Below, piece after piece: positions 12,935 to 25,699 of a stretch of DNA of 64,000 nucleotides; position 1 is the stretch's first letter, and every line of letters begins with the position of its first letter. Source of the DNA: Hypanus sabinus (lineage: Eukaryota); contig NC_082721.1 in assembly GCF_030144855.1 (NCBI RefSeq), positions 20,336,001 through 20,400,000 of the forward strand, given 5' to 3'. A program made the position numbers and the translations under genes. The notes beneath the pieces were generated by a model. That model saw only the letters and a list, made by a program, of their open reading frames with translations, had not been told where the DNA came from and did no database searches.

Positions 12935-15669
12935 AGGATAGACGCATGGGTTATTTACATTCCTGTCACTTTCCTGTCAGCTTCAACTGAGCCATTCTCC
13001 TCTGGCCTCACTCATTAAAAAGACGTTTTCACTCATAGAATGCCTCCCACAGGATTTTTTTTTGCATCATTCTCTGCAAACTTTAGACACCGTTATACGT
13101 GCAGATCTCTGGAGGTAAGCAATTTCTGAGATACTCAAACCACCCTATCTGGCACCAACAATCATTCCACAGTCAAAATCTCTTAGATCACATTTCTTCC
13201 CCATTCTGATGTTTGGTCTGAACCTCTTGACCATGTTTACATGCTTTTATACATTGAGTTGCTGTCACCTGATTGGCTGATTAGATATTTGCATTAACAA
13301 GAGGAGAGGCTTTACTTGATCTGGTATTGGGAAATGAACCTGGTCAGATGTCAGGTCTCTCAGTGGGAGGACATTTTGGATATAGTGATTACAATTCTAT
13401 CTTCTTTACCATAGCATTGGAGAGAGATAGGAACAGACAAATTAGGGACATGTTTAATTGGAGTAAGGGGAACTATGAGGCGATCAGGGAGGAACGTGGA
13501 AGCATAAATTGGAAACAGATGTTCTCAGGGAAATGTACCGAAGAAATGAGGCAAATATTCAGGGGATATTTGTGTGGGGTTCTGAGTAGGTATGTTCCAA
13601 TGAGACATGGAAAGGATGGTAGGGTACAAGATCTGTGGTGCACAAAAGCTGTTGTAAATCCAGTCAAGAAGAAAAGAACAGCTTACGAAAGGTTAAAAAA
13701 AACTAGGTAATGATATGAATCTAGAAGATTATAAGGGTAGAAGGAAGGAGCTTAAGAATTAAATTAGGAGAGCCAGAAGGGGCCATGAGAAGACTTTGGC
13801 AGACAGGATTAAGGAAAACCCCAAGGCATTCTACAAGTATGTGAAGAGCCAGAAGATAAGACATGAGAGAATAGGACCAATCAAGTGTGACAATGGAAAA
13901 GTGCGTACGGAACCGGAGGAAATAGTGGAGGTACTTAATGAATACTTTGCTTCGGTATTCACTACAGAAAAGGATCTTGGCGATTGTAGGGATGGCTTGC
14001 AGTGGACTGAAAAGCTTGAGAATGTAGATATTAAGATATTTTGGAAAGCATCAAGTTGGATAGATCACTGGGACTGGATGGGATGTACCCCAGGCTACTA
14101 TGGGATGCGAGGGAGGAGATTGCTGAACCTCTGGCAATGATCTTTGCATCATCAATGGGGACAGGAGAGGTTCCAGAGGATTGAAGGGTTGTGGATGTTG
14201 TTCCCTTATTCAAGAATGGGAGTTGGGATATCCCAGGAAATTATAGGCCAGTGAGTCTTACTTCAGTGGTTGGTAAGTTGATGGAGAAGATCCTGAGAGG
14301 CAGGATATATGAACATTTGGAGAGGCATAATATGATTAGGAATAGTCAGCATGGCTTTGTCAAAGGCAGTTTGTGCCTTACAAGCCTGGTTGAATTTTTT
14401 GAGGATGTGACTAAGCACATTGATGAAGGTAGAGCCGTAGATGTAGTGTATAAGGATTTCAGCAAGGTGTTTGATAAGGTACCCCATGCAAGGCTTATTG
14501 AGAAAGTAAGGAGGCATGGGATCCAAGGGGATATTGCTTTATGGATCCAGAACTGGCTTGCCCACAGAAGGCAAAGAGTGGTTGTAGATGGGTTATATTC
14601 TTCATGAAGACCAGTGACCAGTGGTGTACCTCAGGGATCTGTTCTGGGACTCCTACTCTTTGTGAGTTTTATAAATGACCTGGAAGTGGAGGGATAGGTC
14701 AGAAAATTTTCTGATGACACAAAGGTTAGGGGTGTTGTGGATAGTGTAGAGGGCTGTCAGAGGTTACAACGGGACATTGATAGGATGCAAAACTGGGCTG
14801 AGAAGTGGCAGAGGGAGTTCATCCTAGGTAAGTGTGAGGTGGTTCATTTAGGTAAATCAAGTATGATGGCAGAATATAGTATTAATGGTAAGACTCATGG
14901 CAGTGTGGAGAATCAGAGGGATCTTGGGGTCTGATTCCATAGGACACTCAAAACTGCTATGCAGGTTGACTCTGCGGTTAAGAAGGCATGTGGTGCATTG
15001 GCCTTCATCAATCAAAGGATTGAGTTTACGAGCTGAGAGGTAATGTTGCAGCTATATAGGACCCTGGTCAGACCCCACTTGGAGTACTGTGCTCAATTCT
15101 GGTCGCCTCACTATAGGAAGAACGTGGAAACCATAGAAAGGGTGCAGGGGAGATTTACAAGGATGTTACCTGGATTGGGGAGAATGCATTATGAGAATAG
15201 GTTGAGTGAGCTCGGCCTTTTCTCCTTGGAGCGACAGAGGATGAGAGGTGACCTGATAGAGGTGTGCAAGGTAATGAAAGGCATTGATTGTGTGGATAGT
15301 CAGAGGCTTTTTCCAGGGCTGAAATGGCTAGCACAAGAGGGCATAGTTTTAAGGTGCTTGGAAGTAGGTACGGAGGAGATGTCAGGGGTAAGTTTTTTAC
15401 ACAGAGGGCGGTGAATGCATAGAATGGGCTGCTGGTGGTGGTGGTGGAGGTGGAAACGATAGGGTCTTTTAGGAGACTCCTGGATGGCTACATGGAGTTT
15501 AGAAAAAGTAGAGGGCTATGAGTATAGCCTATGTAGTTCTAAGGTAGGGACATGTTCGGCACAGCTTTGTGGGCCAAAGGGCCTGTATTGTACTGTATGT
15601 TTTCTACGTTTCTATGTTTCTATTAACCAGTGGTTGTATAGGTGTACCTAATAAAGTGACCACTGAGTG
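12935..15669 (-). mobile_element. Tc1-like transposon remnant interrupted by CR1
   Basis: 12990-13298 is the reverse complement homolog of 25149-25460 (transposase N-terminus). TIR gtacctaataaagtgaccactgagtg then TA at 15644-15671. Confidence 0.8.
13299..15621 (+). mobile_element. 5'-truncated CR1 LINE, ORF2 (end of APE domain plus RT) with stops and frameshifts
   Basis: IKENPKAFYKY, PGNYRPVSLTS, SQHGFVKG, DFSKVFDKVPH, FSDD, LVRPHLEYCAQFWSP; (TTTCTAYG)n tail; TSD ATTAAC at 13293-13298 and 15622-15627. Confidence 0.95.
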
Positions 15670-15799
15670 TATGTGTTATTCGGTTGCCTTGTAAGGCCAT
15701 TGCTTGGATAATGTTTGTAAGGAAGTAATGTAACTAAACGAGCAGAAAATGCTTTCTCTGTTAGGAGGTCACAGTTCTGAAGTAATTGGAAAAGGACCA

Positions 15800-16053
15800 G
15801 ATGGAAGAGGCATTTCTGTGGGTGAAAACATCTCATTAATGAAAGAGGTCAGAGGAGAATGGCCAGACTGGTTCAAGCTGACAGGGAGGTGACAGTAACG
15901 TAAATTACAACAGCGGTGTGCAGAAGATCTCCCTGAGGGCACAACACATTGAACTTTAAAGTTGATGGGCTACAGCGGCAGAAGACCTTGAACATATGCT
16001 CAATGGCCACTTTACTAGGCACAGGAGGTACCTAATAAAGTGGCCACTGAGTG
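15800..16053 (+). mobile_element. Tc1-like non-autonomous fragment ending in a TIR hairpin
   Basis: Encodes a GQRRMARLVQADR HTH remnant; ends in an inverted TIR pair ...tggccactttactaggcac-agga-ggtacctaataaagtggccactgagtg. Confidence 0.8.
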
Positions 16054-16934
16054 GTGCTATGCCTGTGCACTTCATTTATGTGACTTGGGGAACACCTAGT
16101 GTAAGTGTAACATCTGCTGGAATGTAAATGCATGCTGTATGTCACATATTTGACAGAGTGAAACATAAGCAGAATTTATCCCATTGTGTCAATTTTCATC
16201 GTTATTAATCACAGAATTTTGTACTCTGTATCAAATAAATCTTTGCTGTTGCACACAGTAACATTGGACTAAAATTCTTATTGCATTCTGGACCAGATGG
16301 GAAGATGCCTTGGGGTGTCAAGCAGAAAGATATTGAGTTCCCAGCAACATTGGGAGTAGAGGAGGCATTACATTAAGCCAAGTTAAAGCACACACCCAAA
16401 AGCTTCACAATACCTCCCATGTATAAAAAGCATTCAGTTGGACAGATCCCAAAGCACACACCCTCTGCTATGTTTTCCAGCTTTAGGGTTTTAAGCTGTG
16501 TCAGAAGTTCATGGGTTCAAGACTCACTCCAGAAATTCAAGCCGAAAACCAGCGTGACATGCAGTGCACGTCCAGATTGTTGGGTTACCTGAGGGGTTGT
16601 CCTCTGGGATGTGAACTCAAACCAAGGCTCCTGCTTTTAAACAAAAATCCCATCACACAATTTTGCTGAAGAATAGTGATGCTTTTCCAACATCTGTTTC
16701 TTTTCTCTTATCACTTTCTGTTTAGACACTCAAATAGCAACAATTAGTCCATAATACCGTATGCAAATGGACAATGCAATTTTTGCAGAAAATGGGAATT
16801 CTGCAATAGGCTGGATTCTGGATTGTCCAATCCACTCACACTGCCAGGATCTCTAACTTCCCTTTCGATTGTCTCCCCATCCGACCCTTGGCCTCAGACT
16901 CACCTGCTTCTGTAGCAGATGTTATGAATCAAAG

Positions 16935-17850
16935 CCTCGAAGGTCCATTTATTATCAAAGTATGTCTGCAGTATACAACTCTGAGATTTGTCTCCTCCAG
17001 ATAGCCACAAAACAAAAAAAACAATGTAAGCTGTACAAAGGAAAGCATCAAACCTCCGTCCTCTGCACAAGAAAACACATCATGCAAATAGTAAGAACAT
17101 TAAACCCCAACACCCCCTCACAAAAAAAAGTACCAAATTGTGCCAAATGGCAACAAGAAAGAACTGGCGAAAATACAAAATATAAAAACCATAAATCACA
17201 GAACTTCAGTAACATCGTCCGACAGCATCGAAGGAGAGAGAGAGAGAGACTACTTGAATTCAGAGGTGATAGGCCGTCACACACAGACACCTTGTGGTGA
17301 ACTATGTGCCTGTCTGGACACGCCCCTTGCTGACTGCTCCTGTGGCTCCTCCCACAGGCCCCTGTATAAAGGCGATCTGAGGCCTGACGCTCGGCCTCAG
17401 TCTCCAGGTCATAGTATGATGGACACTCACTCCTGGTTCCTTCTTCCAGTCAATAAAAGCCGATATCTCGCCTTACGTCTCAGTGTGAGTTATTGATGGT
17501 GCATCACACCTTAACTGGTAGCAGTGAAAAATCCATCACAGCGGCCAACAGGAGGTTTGTAGCCGGCGTGGACTACTCGCTTGCCTTCTGCATTCGCCTT
17601 GACCCTTCAGTCTTTCTTGATGCTTTAATTGGCGATTAACAGATACTTTAAGTGGTGGAATGGAGTCAATCATGGGCTCACGGCCCATCTTTAAGCTTCA
17701 CTCCGTGCCCGCTTCCTGGAATTTTCTCAGAGACAGCCAAGCGCTAGATCACTCAATCGATCTCCAAACCGTAAATCGCAGGCTCCAACAGTCATACTTC
17801 AGAACAAACAATCACATCTCAGAACAAGGCCAGAGAACTGCAGCACACCA
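16935..17850 (-). mobile_element. Non-coding LINE-tail-type repeat hosting a solo LTR
   Basis: tttattatcaaagtatg...gcagtatacaactctgagatt terminus shared with other repeats (~23900, ~30850, ~61200). Confidence 0.45.
17293..17506 (+). mobile_element. Solo LTR, family A (copy 2)
   Basis: TGTGGTGAAC...GGTGCATCA; TATAAA 17365-17370; AATAAA 17452-17457; TSD CACCT (17288-17292, 17507-17511). Confidence 0.9.
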
Positions 17851-18106
17851 AGGGATATGCTTTAAAAAAAATCAATAGTTAATTTGGAAAAACTATTTAC
17901 TGTTTCAAATTATAATGTGGTCATTGCGATGCAGAATGCACTTGAGCCCCTGAGGTGCCCTCTGATTCTGTAATTCCCCCAATGTACCCATGGATAACGT
18001 GTGCTCCTTTTCCAGGGGCTCATGAGCATGGATATCATCCCTGAAGAGCAACAGGCAATCTGCACAGGTAAAATCCTCGACTGCCTACCAACAGTGAATC
18101 AAGTCC

Positions 18107-18327
18107 AACAAGCTGAAGGAACTCAGCAGGTCGGCCAGCGTCCGTGGAAACGAGCAGTCAACAGTTCGGGCCGAGACCCTTCGTCAGGACACGTTTCGGC
18201 CCTCCTGATGAAGGGTCTCGGCCCGAACTGTTGACTGCTCGTTTCCACGGATGCTACCCGACCTGCTGAGTTCCTCCAGCGTGTTGTACATGTTGCTTTG
18301 ACCACAGCATCTGCAGTGTACTTTGTG
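18107..18327. mobile_element. Fold-back Penelope terminal element with a hammerhead-like motif on each arm
   Basis: Inverted arms ~18118-18189 and 18203-18273; TSD aatcaagtcc/aatcatgtcc (18097-18106, 18328-18337). Confidence 0.85.
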
Positions 18328-18339
18328 AATCATGTCCTC

Positions 18340-18745
18340 TCTCAAGCTGGTGTCCTCTCCCTAGCCATGTGGACACTGTGGGCCAGGAAAGCACACCAGT
18401 GCCTCTATTTCCTCAGAAGGCTAAAGAAATCTGTCAGGTCCCCAACAACGCCCACCAATTTTTACTGATGTATTGCAGAAAGCATCCTGTCTGGATGGTT
18501 TGCAGCTTGGTATGGTAAACACTGCTCGAGGCTGCCAGAAATTGTAGGGAATAGTGGCCTAGTTTGTCATGAAAACCATCGACTCCGTCTGTACTTCTTG
18601 CTGAGAAAAGCTGCAGATGCAGATGCTGGTGTGTGTCGCTTCCACTTCTCGCTGCTTGGTGCTTCTGCCTCCTCCCCACTTCCCACAGGAACAAGATACA
18701 AAAGCTGGGGAAATGCTTAAGGACAGCTTCTCGTTCGCTGTGATC
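18340..18745 (+). mobile_element. Rex1/Babar-like 3' ORF fragment
   Basis: LYFLRRLKK, ESILSG and WYG remnants; ggacagcttc. Confidence 0.65.
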
Positions 18746-18909
18746 AGGTCAAGTCAAGTCAAGTTTATTATCAAAGTAGTATGCTGTGTACATTCTTGGT
18801 GGTGGGTAGGCTTGAGCCAGAGATGTGATGGGCAGTTTTAACTATTTGATGCAGAACCTTCTTGTCCGCCCCTGTGCATTTTCCATACCACACAGTGATA
18901 TAGAATGTT

Positions 18910-19430
18910 ACAACGCAACACATGAAAAATGATGGAAGAACTCAGCAGGTCAGGCAGCATCTACAGAAATGAACAGATAGTCGACATTTCAGGCCGGGGC
19001 TGAGAAGAAAGAGGGAAGATGGCGGAATGAAAAGGTTGGGGGGGGGGGTTGGCTTAAGAGGCAAGCTAGAAAGTAGTAGTTGAAGACAGGTGGGCAGTAA
19101 AGGTCAAGGGCTGGAGAAGGAGGAAGCTGATAGGAGAGGACAGTGGACCATAGGAGAAAGGGAAGGACGAGATGCAGGGGGAAGTATTAGGCATGTTGAA
19201 GGTCAGAGTGGGGATGGTGGGTGGAATATTTGTTTACCAGAAGGAGAAATCAATATTCGTGCCATCAGGTTGGAGGGCACCTAGATGGATATAAGGCGTT
19301 GTTCTTCCACCCTTAGGATAGTTTCATCTTGGCACAAGAGGAGGCCAGGGATGAAACATCAGACTAGGAATGGGAACCGGAATAAAATGTTTGGCCACTG
19401 AAAAGTCCCATTTGTGACGGATAGTGCGGA
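18910..19430 (-). mobile_element. Penelope-like element 3' portion
   Basis: Reverse complement encodes GIY-YIG C-terminal EEQRL..LQPDGTNIDFS, then a pyrimidine tract and terminal repeat. Confidence 0.8.
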
Positions 19431-20189
19431 GGCATCATTAGATTGATATAACGTTCCAATATCTAACTGCAATTGAGCTGAAAGACCCACTTCCACATTA
19501 TATCAACGTAATGATTGCAAATGCTAGTGTCAAATCTCTATACCATTATACTTCACCTGGTATTTTTTCCATCTTTGTGTATTGACATTCATCTCTCCTG
19601 TTCTTATATGATTGGAAAGGATATCTCAATAGTTAAGCATCCGTATCAGTAATCTGCAGCCCACCGGCTCTGAATGTAGAATACAGTGATTGTTCAGCAG
19701 GGGTTATTTGAACAAGGTTATCAGGGCAGTTTTGGAAAGGTTGCAGTCTATCAGCTGGTAGGGTTATCAGTCCTTATAATCCCTCCACCAGCTGACATGT
19801 GGTGGCCATATTAATTAGCAACTTACCTTCACCTCCCGTAATACGTACAACTCTCAGTGTGCAGGCAACACAATTGGAACAAAACAAACATGATGCCTTA
19901 AACAGGAACTTTACAATGAAGGATTCACAAATTATGGGTCTCAGAGGGATGCGATTGAGTCCATTTCATTACTAAAGTTCCCATGTGCATTACATGCAAC
20001 AAGCTGGGAGACTCCACAATTCCTTGCACTTAGTGCCTTTGTTGTATTTAGCCTGCTCATTGCCCCTGTTACTACGGTCTGACATGTCAAGTGCAGTACT
20101 GACCTCCGCTAGGTTACTAGAATTGCTATTTTTGGGTTGAGGCATTAAACTGAAGCAGAGGTGTTAACTTCTAGTCAGAAATATTTATT

Positions 20190-20415
20190 TATCTATTTAT
20201 TTATTCTCTTAGAGATAAAGCACCATAACAGCTCCTTCTGGACCAAGCCTGCACTGTCCAATTAACTTACTGATCCAAGCATCTTTGGAATGTGGGAGGA
20301 AACCCACACAGTCACAGGGAGAAGGTGCAAACTCCTTCCAGACAATGACTGGAATTAAACCCAGGTCCCTGGCATTGTAAAGCATTATGCTAACCGCTAC
20401 GTTACTCTGCTGCCC
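20190..20415 (-). mobile_element. tRNA-derived SINE
   Basis: Reverse complement of head gtagcggttagcataatgc and core ggagtttgcaccttctccctgtgac; (AAAT)n tail. Confidence 0.65.
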
Positions 20416-20430
20416 AAATTGTTGCTGCTA

Positions 20431-20854
20431 AGGCTGATTTATAGTTGTGCGTACAGGCTGTGCCGCAGCCTGCGCCATAGCCCTGGTTTTCACTTCTGTG
20501 TCAGTCTAAGCCATAGCGAGCATGCATTGGCGTGTGCCAAATCGCTAGTTGGCGGTGGGGTTTCTATGCCATGGTTTCTTTGCGAGAGACATGGACGAGG
20601 AAATGCATTTCAAACATTCTCGCACATTGGCAGGTAGATTTGATGATTCGGTTCATCTATTTCACATCGCTGTACAGACATGGCGGAGAAGAAGCAACCG
20701 GAAATGCGATGCTACCAAACGGACCAGTCACAGCTGTAGTGCTCCGCGTCGCCGCGATGCGTGAGTTACTTTACTGGGGAGATGCACGTCACCCTATGGC
20801 ATAGGGTACGTGGTACCTATGGTGTAGATGCGACGCACAGATATAGATCAGCCT
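20431..20854. mobile_element. PIF/Harbinger-like MITE
   Basis: TIRs AGGCTGATTTATAGTTGTGCGT / ACGCACAGATATAGATCAGCCT; flanks CTA/TTA (degenerate TWA). Confidence 0.7.
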
Positions 20855-21874
20855 TTAGCGGGAGCTTGCTGTGCACAACTTAGCTACTGAATTTCTTACA
20901 TGACAACATTCTTTGGTTGGCCTGAAACTTGCTGGCTTACCAGCACACTGAGATGTCCGTGGAAGGAAGCTACCCACTGAACATTCCAGGCTGCAGGATT
21001 ACGTGCTGAGGGATGCATCGACGCTTGGTGCAACACTGCAAGGGCTCAGTGAGGAAGGACCACGGTTGAGGGTTCTTCTCCCACTGGAGAGGGAGGGGCC
21101 AGGTGGGGGGTGGCGGGGGAATCCCCTCAATTATTGTAGTATTCTATGTAAAAACCTAGAGGATCACAAGAGTGGTGGCATTGTTATAACAGTATGAAAA
21201 GCACTGACTGTGCCTGCAAAGACTGGTAAGTCACGAGACGGTTTATTCTTGCAAATGTTTTTTTATTGTGAATAAAGTTTATTTTGATATTAAAAAATTT
21301 CTACATTAAACATTGGCTACATTTCATTGCAAAACAACTGGAGAATTTTGAGGACATGAAAGATGCCGTACATTAGAGAGCGGATGCTGTCTGTTGAAGG
21401 AAACTCACTGGAGCTTTCCTGCACAGTGGATTTTCTGCGGGATAAATTGCAACTCATAATTTTAACAACAAGGTAAAAGAAACGGTAAAAAAAAAGTATT
21501 TTCTACTGACAGTATCTCAATCTGTAGCATGTGATGAATAATTAGATACTCCATTTTGAGAAACGTTTCAGTATCCAATTGGGCTTTCAGACAGAGATGG
21601 ATTTTGGTGCCATTTCCAATTAAAATTTTAATTGAAGAGTGAGGGATTTTTCCCAAAACATTGTCAAAAAATTATAAGCTTTAAAGCTCAGAAATTGCCG
21701 TGGGCAATTGCATTTACACGAGCAGTAAGTGTGCAATTATAGGACTAATGTCAGAATTGGCGATTTCAACATGTTTTTTTTCCCAGATTCCTTGAAGATA
21801 ACCTACTCCTTTTATTCCCTCCAGGATGCCTCTGATTATTTTTCAAACTATAAGCAAGCCACTTCAGGGGTAGG

Positions 21875-22160
21875 GTGCCACGGTAGTGTAGTGGTTAGCA
21901 CAACACTATTATAGCTCAGTGCTTCAGAGTTCGGAATTCAATGCTAGCATCCTCTCTAAGGAGTCTGTATGTCCTCCCTGTGTTTTCCCTGGGACCTCCG
22001 GTTTCAGCCCACACTCCAAAGATGTACCGGGTAGGTTAATTGGTTATTGTAAATTGTCCTGTGATCAGATTAGGGTTAATTCAGGGTATCAGAGGTTGCT
22101 GGGGCAGCACTGTTCAAAAATCCAGAGGGCCTACTCCCAGCTGTACTGCAAAATAAAAAA
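21875..22160 (+). mobile_element. tRNA-derived V-SINE-like SINE
   Basis: tgccacggtagtgtagtggttagc head; ctccggtttcagcccacactccaaagatg core; A-rich tail. Confidence 0.7.
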
Positions 22161-22509
22161 AAAATTACCAGGACTATCTTGGAGTCTCTCAGATTTACAG
22201 ATTAATCTCCTGGGCACCATGGGGAGACAAATAACATTGACACTGAAGAAATAGTATTGTTTTTTCAGATTCTTTGGGCGCTTTCATTTCTGAGTTATTA
22301 AAATGTTAGCTTTGGTAAGGGATTGTTTGGGGGAGGAGTAGCTGGAGGCAAAAAAAAATAGTATTATTAAACCTTCAGAAATTGTTCTTCTTAGGCAGTA
22401 GATCAGGATGGAATATGACTCTAGTTTTGCGAGGTTACCAATGAGGCTGATGTGGGAGCAGCAGACTTTTCTAAAGACGAGGGGGGCGAGGGGGGCACTG
22501 GAAAGGTTA

Positions 22510-23727
22510 AGCAGCTTAGACACACTACATCACACCTACCTATGTAATATCTATGTCAGGCTGTTGTTTATTGACTACAGTTCAGGGTTCAACACAATCA
22601 TATCCTCAGTTCAAATCAACAACCTGGGCCTCTGTACCTCACTCTGTAACTGGATCCTTGACTTTATCACCAGCTGACCACAGTCTGTGTGGATTGGAAA
22701 TAATTTCTACCCTCAAGGAAGAGGTACAGGAGCCTGAAGACACACACTCAGCATTTCAGGAACAGCTTCTCCTTGCTGACACCTCAAGGATACTTGCTTA
22801 GCCCACTGCTTTACTCTCTCTACACCCACAATAGTGTAGCTATGCACAGGTCAAACACCACCTATAAATTTGCTGATGACATAAGTATTGTTGGCAGATT
22901 TTCAGATGGTGACGAGGAGGCGTGCAGGAGCAAGGTAGATCACCTGGTTGAGTGGTATTGCAGCAACAACCTTGCACTCAAGGAATTGGTTGTAGACTTC
23001 AGGAGGGGGAAGTCAAGGGAACACACACCAGTGTGTTTGAGGGAACAGAAGTGGAAAGGGTGAGCTGTTCCAATTTCCCATGAGTCATCATCTCTGAGGA
23101 TCTATCCTGGGCCCAATATATTGATGCAATTACAAAGAAGGCTACGTTTCGTCAGGATTTTGAGGAGAATTGGTATGGCAACAAAGACACTTGCAAATTT
23201 CTACAGATGTACTGTGGAGAGCATTCTAACTGGTTGCATCACCGTCAGATATGGAGGAGCCACAGCAGAGGACCAGAAAAAGCTGCAGAAAGTTGTAAAT
23301 TCTGCCAGCTCCCTCATGGGTACTAGCCTCCCCAGCATCCAGGACACCTTCAAAAGATGGTACCTCAAAAAAGGTGGCATCCATCATTAAGGACTCCCAT
23401 AACCCAGACCGTCCCTCTTCTCATTGCTACCCTCAAGGAAGAGGTACAGGAGCCTGAAGACACACACTGAGCATTTCAGGAACAGCTTTTCCCCCTCCAC
23501 CATCATATTTCTGAATGGACAATGAACCCATGAGCACCAGCTCGGTGTTTATTGTTTTCCTCTCTTTTTGCACTACTTATTTAATTTAATTTTCTTTTTT
23601 ATATACTCTTTTTATTGTAATTTATAGTTTTTATTATTTTGTATTGCAACATACTTCTGCTGCAAAGCAACCAATTTCATGACATATACCGGTGATATTA
23701 AACCTGATTCTGATTGTGATTCCGATC
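22510..23727 (+). mobile_element. Rex1/Babar-clade LINE, 5'-truncated, broken RT
   Basis: [57 protein letters not shown]; (CTGATT)n tail. Confidence 0.9.
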
Positions 23728-24200
23728 CAGTGCTGCTTCTCTGCACTTATCATGGACCAAGAGCTTCACAAGAGTCAGTGGGGATGTCGCACTTTTTCAA
23801 GAATACTTTGAGCGCGTCTCGCATCTCTTCCTCTACCTGCCTGGCAACCTCATCTCTGTAGAGAGCTCAGAGTAGAGAGTCTGATTTTTAGTTCAATAGT
23901 TCAATTGTTCCAGTTAATATCAGAGAATGTATGCAATATACAGCCTGAAATTCTTACTCTCCACAGACATCCTCGAAACAGAAGAAAAACCCCAAAGAAT
24001 GAATGGCAGAAAGAACCATAAGAGCCTTAAAGCCCCCTGCTCCCTCCCACACACAAGCAGCATCCCCTCCCCCAAGCTGCTCTAGCAGAAAGCATCAGCA
24101 TTCGCACCACCCACCATGCAAACAGCAGCAAAGCCCCCAACGAGAGACCACGGTGTACAGTCTATCAAATACTTACTGTCCACTCCGGCATTTCGACATG

Positions 24201-24717
24201 CAGGTGTCCCCCGCTTTCTGAACGTTGGCTTTATGCAACTTCGCTTTTACGAAAGACTTGCATTAGTACCTGTTTTCGCTAACCAAAAGAGGATTTTCAC
24301 TTTTATGAAAAAAGGCACCCACTTTAAACTTGTGTTTACCCCAAGAAAGACTACCATGACCGTGAAGCCTTGCGCGGGCTGGTGTGTGCGCATACGTGTA
24401 CGTGCCGATCTTTTTCTACAAATAAGTTTTGGCTCAATCTTCCCGATTCTGGTAAGTGAAACTACATGGTACATACATTATTTCTACTTTATATAGCTGT
24501 GCATTTATCATCTCATTCCTGCTTTTATTATATGTTAGTGTTATTTTTGATCTTATGTGCTATTTGTTATGATTTGGTAGGTTATTGTTTTGGGTCTGGG
24601 AACGCTCAAAAAATTTTCCCATATAAATTAATGGTAATTGCTTCTTCGCTTTACGCCATTTCAACTTACGAACGTTTTCATAGGAACACCCTACCTTTGG
24701 ATAGCGGGGGAAACCTG
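24201..24717. mobile_element. TcMar-Tigger-like MITE
   Basis: TIRs caggtgtcccccgctttc / gatagcgggggaaacctg; flanks TG/CA could be a mutated TA duplication. Confidence 0.75.
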
Positions 24718-25148
24718 CACCACAGTCTCTCTTTCTCTCACTGACAAGGGAGAGCCAGATACTGCTCCTTCCACAGTGACAGGGGAGTCTAGTCTCAAAT
24801 AAAAGTGTTAATCTAGGATCCTGGATCTTAGTACATGTGACAATAATAAATTTCCGATTACTGATCAGTAGCTGATTTATTATTGTCCATTTACTAAGAT
24901 GCTGTGAACAGCTCTGCTTGCATTGCCATCTAAACAGATTGTTCCATCCAAAAGTATATCAAGGTAATACCAAAGGAAAAACAGATATCAGGATGCAGCT
25001 TATAGTGTTGCAGTACAGTGCAGACAGACAAGTAAGTTGCAAGGATCATTTAAAGGTAACCAAGAGATTAAGGGTTCATCTTTATGGTATGAGAGATCTG
25101 CAAACGTTTGTACAATGAATGGCAAGAAGGTACATGCTGACAAACAAT

Positions 25149-25683
25149 CAGTGGACACTTAGTCAGGTACACCGGCACACTTGCTCATTAATACAATGAA
25201 CCAACCATGTGGCACCAGCTCGATGCATAAAAGCACGCAGACATGGTCAAGAGGTTCAGTTGTTCAAACCAAACATCAGAATAGGGGAGAAATCTGATAA
25301 AAATGACTTTGACTGTGGAATGGTTGTTGGTGCCAGACAAGGTGGTTGGAGTATCTCAGAAGGTGCTGGTCTCCTGGGCTTTTGATGCACAAGAGTGTTT
25401 AGAGATTATAGACAATGGTGCAAAATACAAAAAAATATCTAGTGAGCAGGTTATCTGTGGTACTGGTATCAGTCAAAGCTGACCAGCGTATCGGTTCAAG
25501 TGGACAGGAAGATAACATTAACTCAAATAACTTTATGTTACAAAAGTAGCGTAGTGAAGATTATCTCTAAACGCACACGCTGAATCTTGAAGTGGGTGGG
25601 CTACACCAACAGAAGACCACAAACATACACTCAGTGGCCCCTTTATTAGGTACAGGAGGTATCTAATAAAGTGGCTACTGAAT
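25149..25683 (+). mobile_element. Tc1-like non-autonomous element
   Basis: Left TIR remnant cagtggacactt..aggtacacc; transposase N-terminal remnant DFDCGMVVGARQGG.SISE..LLGF; right end is a TIR hairpin at 25628-25683. Confidence 0.85.
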
Positions 25684-25699
25684 TCATGTTGCCCCCTTG

